A stretch of 64,000 nucleotides of DNA from Massalongia carnosa (Eukaryota), in contig OZ287072.1 in NCBI GenBank assembly GCA_965645245.1, forward strand, positions 992,001-1,056,000, read 5' to 3'. The notes under the pieces were generated by a model, which saw only the letters and a program-made list of their open reading frames with translations, did not search any database and was not told where the DNA came from. The number at the start of each line of letters is the position of its first letter. The stretch's first letter is position 1. This document shows, one piece after another, positions 62,183 to 64,000 of this stretch. The position numbers and the translations under genes are program-made.

Positions 62183-64000
62183 AAGTTAGCGGTGTGGAAG
62201 TTAATATTAAACACTGGACGCTAGGGTTTAAAAATCTCTCCATGGTTTTCTTCGAAAACGTGAACCCACCGACGTAGGAGCATAGTATCTGCTTGCAATG
62301 GGCCTTGGCGGCCTTAAGTCATCGATACATCTGAACCATCAACCAAATTGAGTTGCAGGGGTATGAACACCTCAACCTTTTAACCTCAGAATAGTGAGAG
62401 TGGAGAGAAAGGTCGAGGACCTAATTGGCTGGAAAGGGTAATTCCAATTTAATCCTTATACTCGTTAATTCGTATTTATAGACTTGAGAGGTTTCACACT
62501 GACAAAGCTACATTTACTTTTGTAGCGAGTTTTGTATACTCGCAAAGGTTTATATTTCTTTTGCCTCGGACGAGTTGAATCCTTTGCTCTTTGTAAATTC
62601 GATTTCTTTCCTTTTTCGAAGCTTCGATTCCCTTCCATGTCAGACCGACAAAGCACAGTAATAATCATAATTACCTAGATATTTAGATCAGACAAAACAT
62701 TAATTTATTGAAAATTCAATAATTCATTGGCAGACCACCAAAGTCCTCTTTTCTTTATGGTAGCGAAAATTCTGTTTTGCTTTTCTTCTATCATTGTGCC
62801 ACAAATTTTTTCGTCGTCTCTTTTTCTTTCTACTACCTTCTCTCTGGAAAACCGTGCTAGCAAGAGAAAATGTTCTATAGGATAGAGAGGCCACAGAGCA
62901 AAGGACAAAGATATATGAAAAATTAGGAACTCGAAAGGGGGCATGAGAATAAGAGGAAAGGAGCTGGAGTTAGGAATCCATGGTTGTGGGGCATCGTAGG
63001 GGATTTTTAATACTTGATACCGTGTGTAATCCTTGCCAGTGGAATTCCAAAGGAGCTCTTGAAAATAGATGATAATGTTACTAATCACTAAAGAGGACTT
63101 AACGGGTCTGTCGACCTTGACCTAGTCTAAGCCTTTCACCAACTCATTTCTCTTCATGACTAGGCCGCAAGCTGTGCGAGGAAGATTTCTCGCCCCCTTA
63201 TTATTCGGCTCAAGAGTTTCCCCGCTTCTAGGCCCTTGCATTATTCGATAGGTTCCGTGTTCAGTGTGTTGAAAGATAGTTGAAAGGAATATTTTAAGAA
63301 CTCGTGTAATAACGACAGCGCTACAGGAGCCACAATCGGAGGACCTTACTTCAGCACATGTCAACTTACTTGAAGAATCTTGAGCATCTCTTCTTTTGAT
63401 ATTAATACAGTAGCTTTGTAGTATGGATAGCCACAGGTGAGTTCCGGTCTAGAAACTCGTCTGGCATCGCACGATGACTGTCGATGTATAATGAATTTCC
63501 TCGTGAGTTTGATATCTCAAGAAAATGATCCACAACCTCATGGATGGCATCTGTTCTAGTAGCCTTTGCGATCACCGCTGTGTTTTCACCATAATTTTTC
63601 GACTACCCGATAGCTTCTGCACTGGTATCCGTACCTGTCCATTTGGGTAGAGAATCAAAGACTCGCACAACTGTTGCTGAATCACATACGCGGAATAACG
63701 TCCACTGAGAGGCATTTCTGTCACGTGTTTCTTATCGTCCTCTCCGCAATAGTTATTTACTTAACTTGATTAGGTAAATTAGACTATCAGTCACCTGACA
63801 GAATTGAAGCCTCTCGACTTCCGAGCCCATCATCGATTTAGTTCACCCATCTCACAGAGTAGACGGAGTACTCTGAACAGAGTATAGAGTTCTCTGTCTT
63901 CTGTCCCTATTCATCACCAGATCCATTCACTCATTTTACATCCTTCTACTCTAATATGTATCGCTGTCCGATACTCGCAACAAGTCGCGTAACTTCATGC

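Noticed and set aside
62430..63700. Possible decayed gene or TE on the minus strand
   Set aside because: AT-rich with broken frames and no motif I can identify.

Overview
Eukaryotic DNA from a filamentous ascomycete (Pezizomycotina-type genes with short GT-AG introns and CTRAC branch sites; the exact taxon cannot be determined). Housekeeping-like genes include Arp1/centractin, a DUF3602/Par32-like protein, gamma-glutamyltranspeptidase, mitochondrial release factor 1, a CDK10/11-like kinase, a DHCR24-like FAD oxidoreductase, PHO84, a CE16/GDSL esterase and a VOC/glyoxalase. The main result is a candidate fungal RiPP (dikaritin-type) locus that the ORF track misses. A two-exon, secreted, Kex2-processed repeat precursor (28807-29324, +) carries seven copies of an EN[ED]LQYKYG[NK]YAGD unit, six ending in KR. 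It is transcribed divergently from an intact five-exon UstYa/DUF3328 oxidase with two HxxHC motifs (26031-27082, -). Secreted S53 and S10 peptidase genes lie just to the left. The Y-K-Y-G-N-Y segment has aromatic residues at positions 1/3/6, as in the asperipin-2a core, but a different sequence. The pair sits in a mobile-element-rich patch: a CAC...GTG MITE with a 5-bp TSD, a foldback hairpin, a DUF3435 (Starship-captain-like) fragment, a pseudogene and a pogo/Tigger element. Near the right end, a 5'-truncated Tad-like LINE with a 12-bp TSD interrupts a HET-domain pseudogene. All family assignments come from motif recognition by eye; no searches were run.
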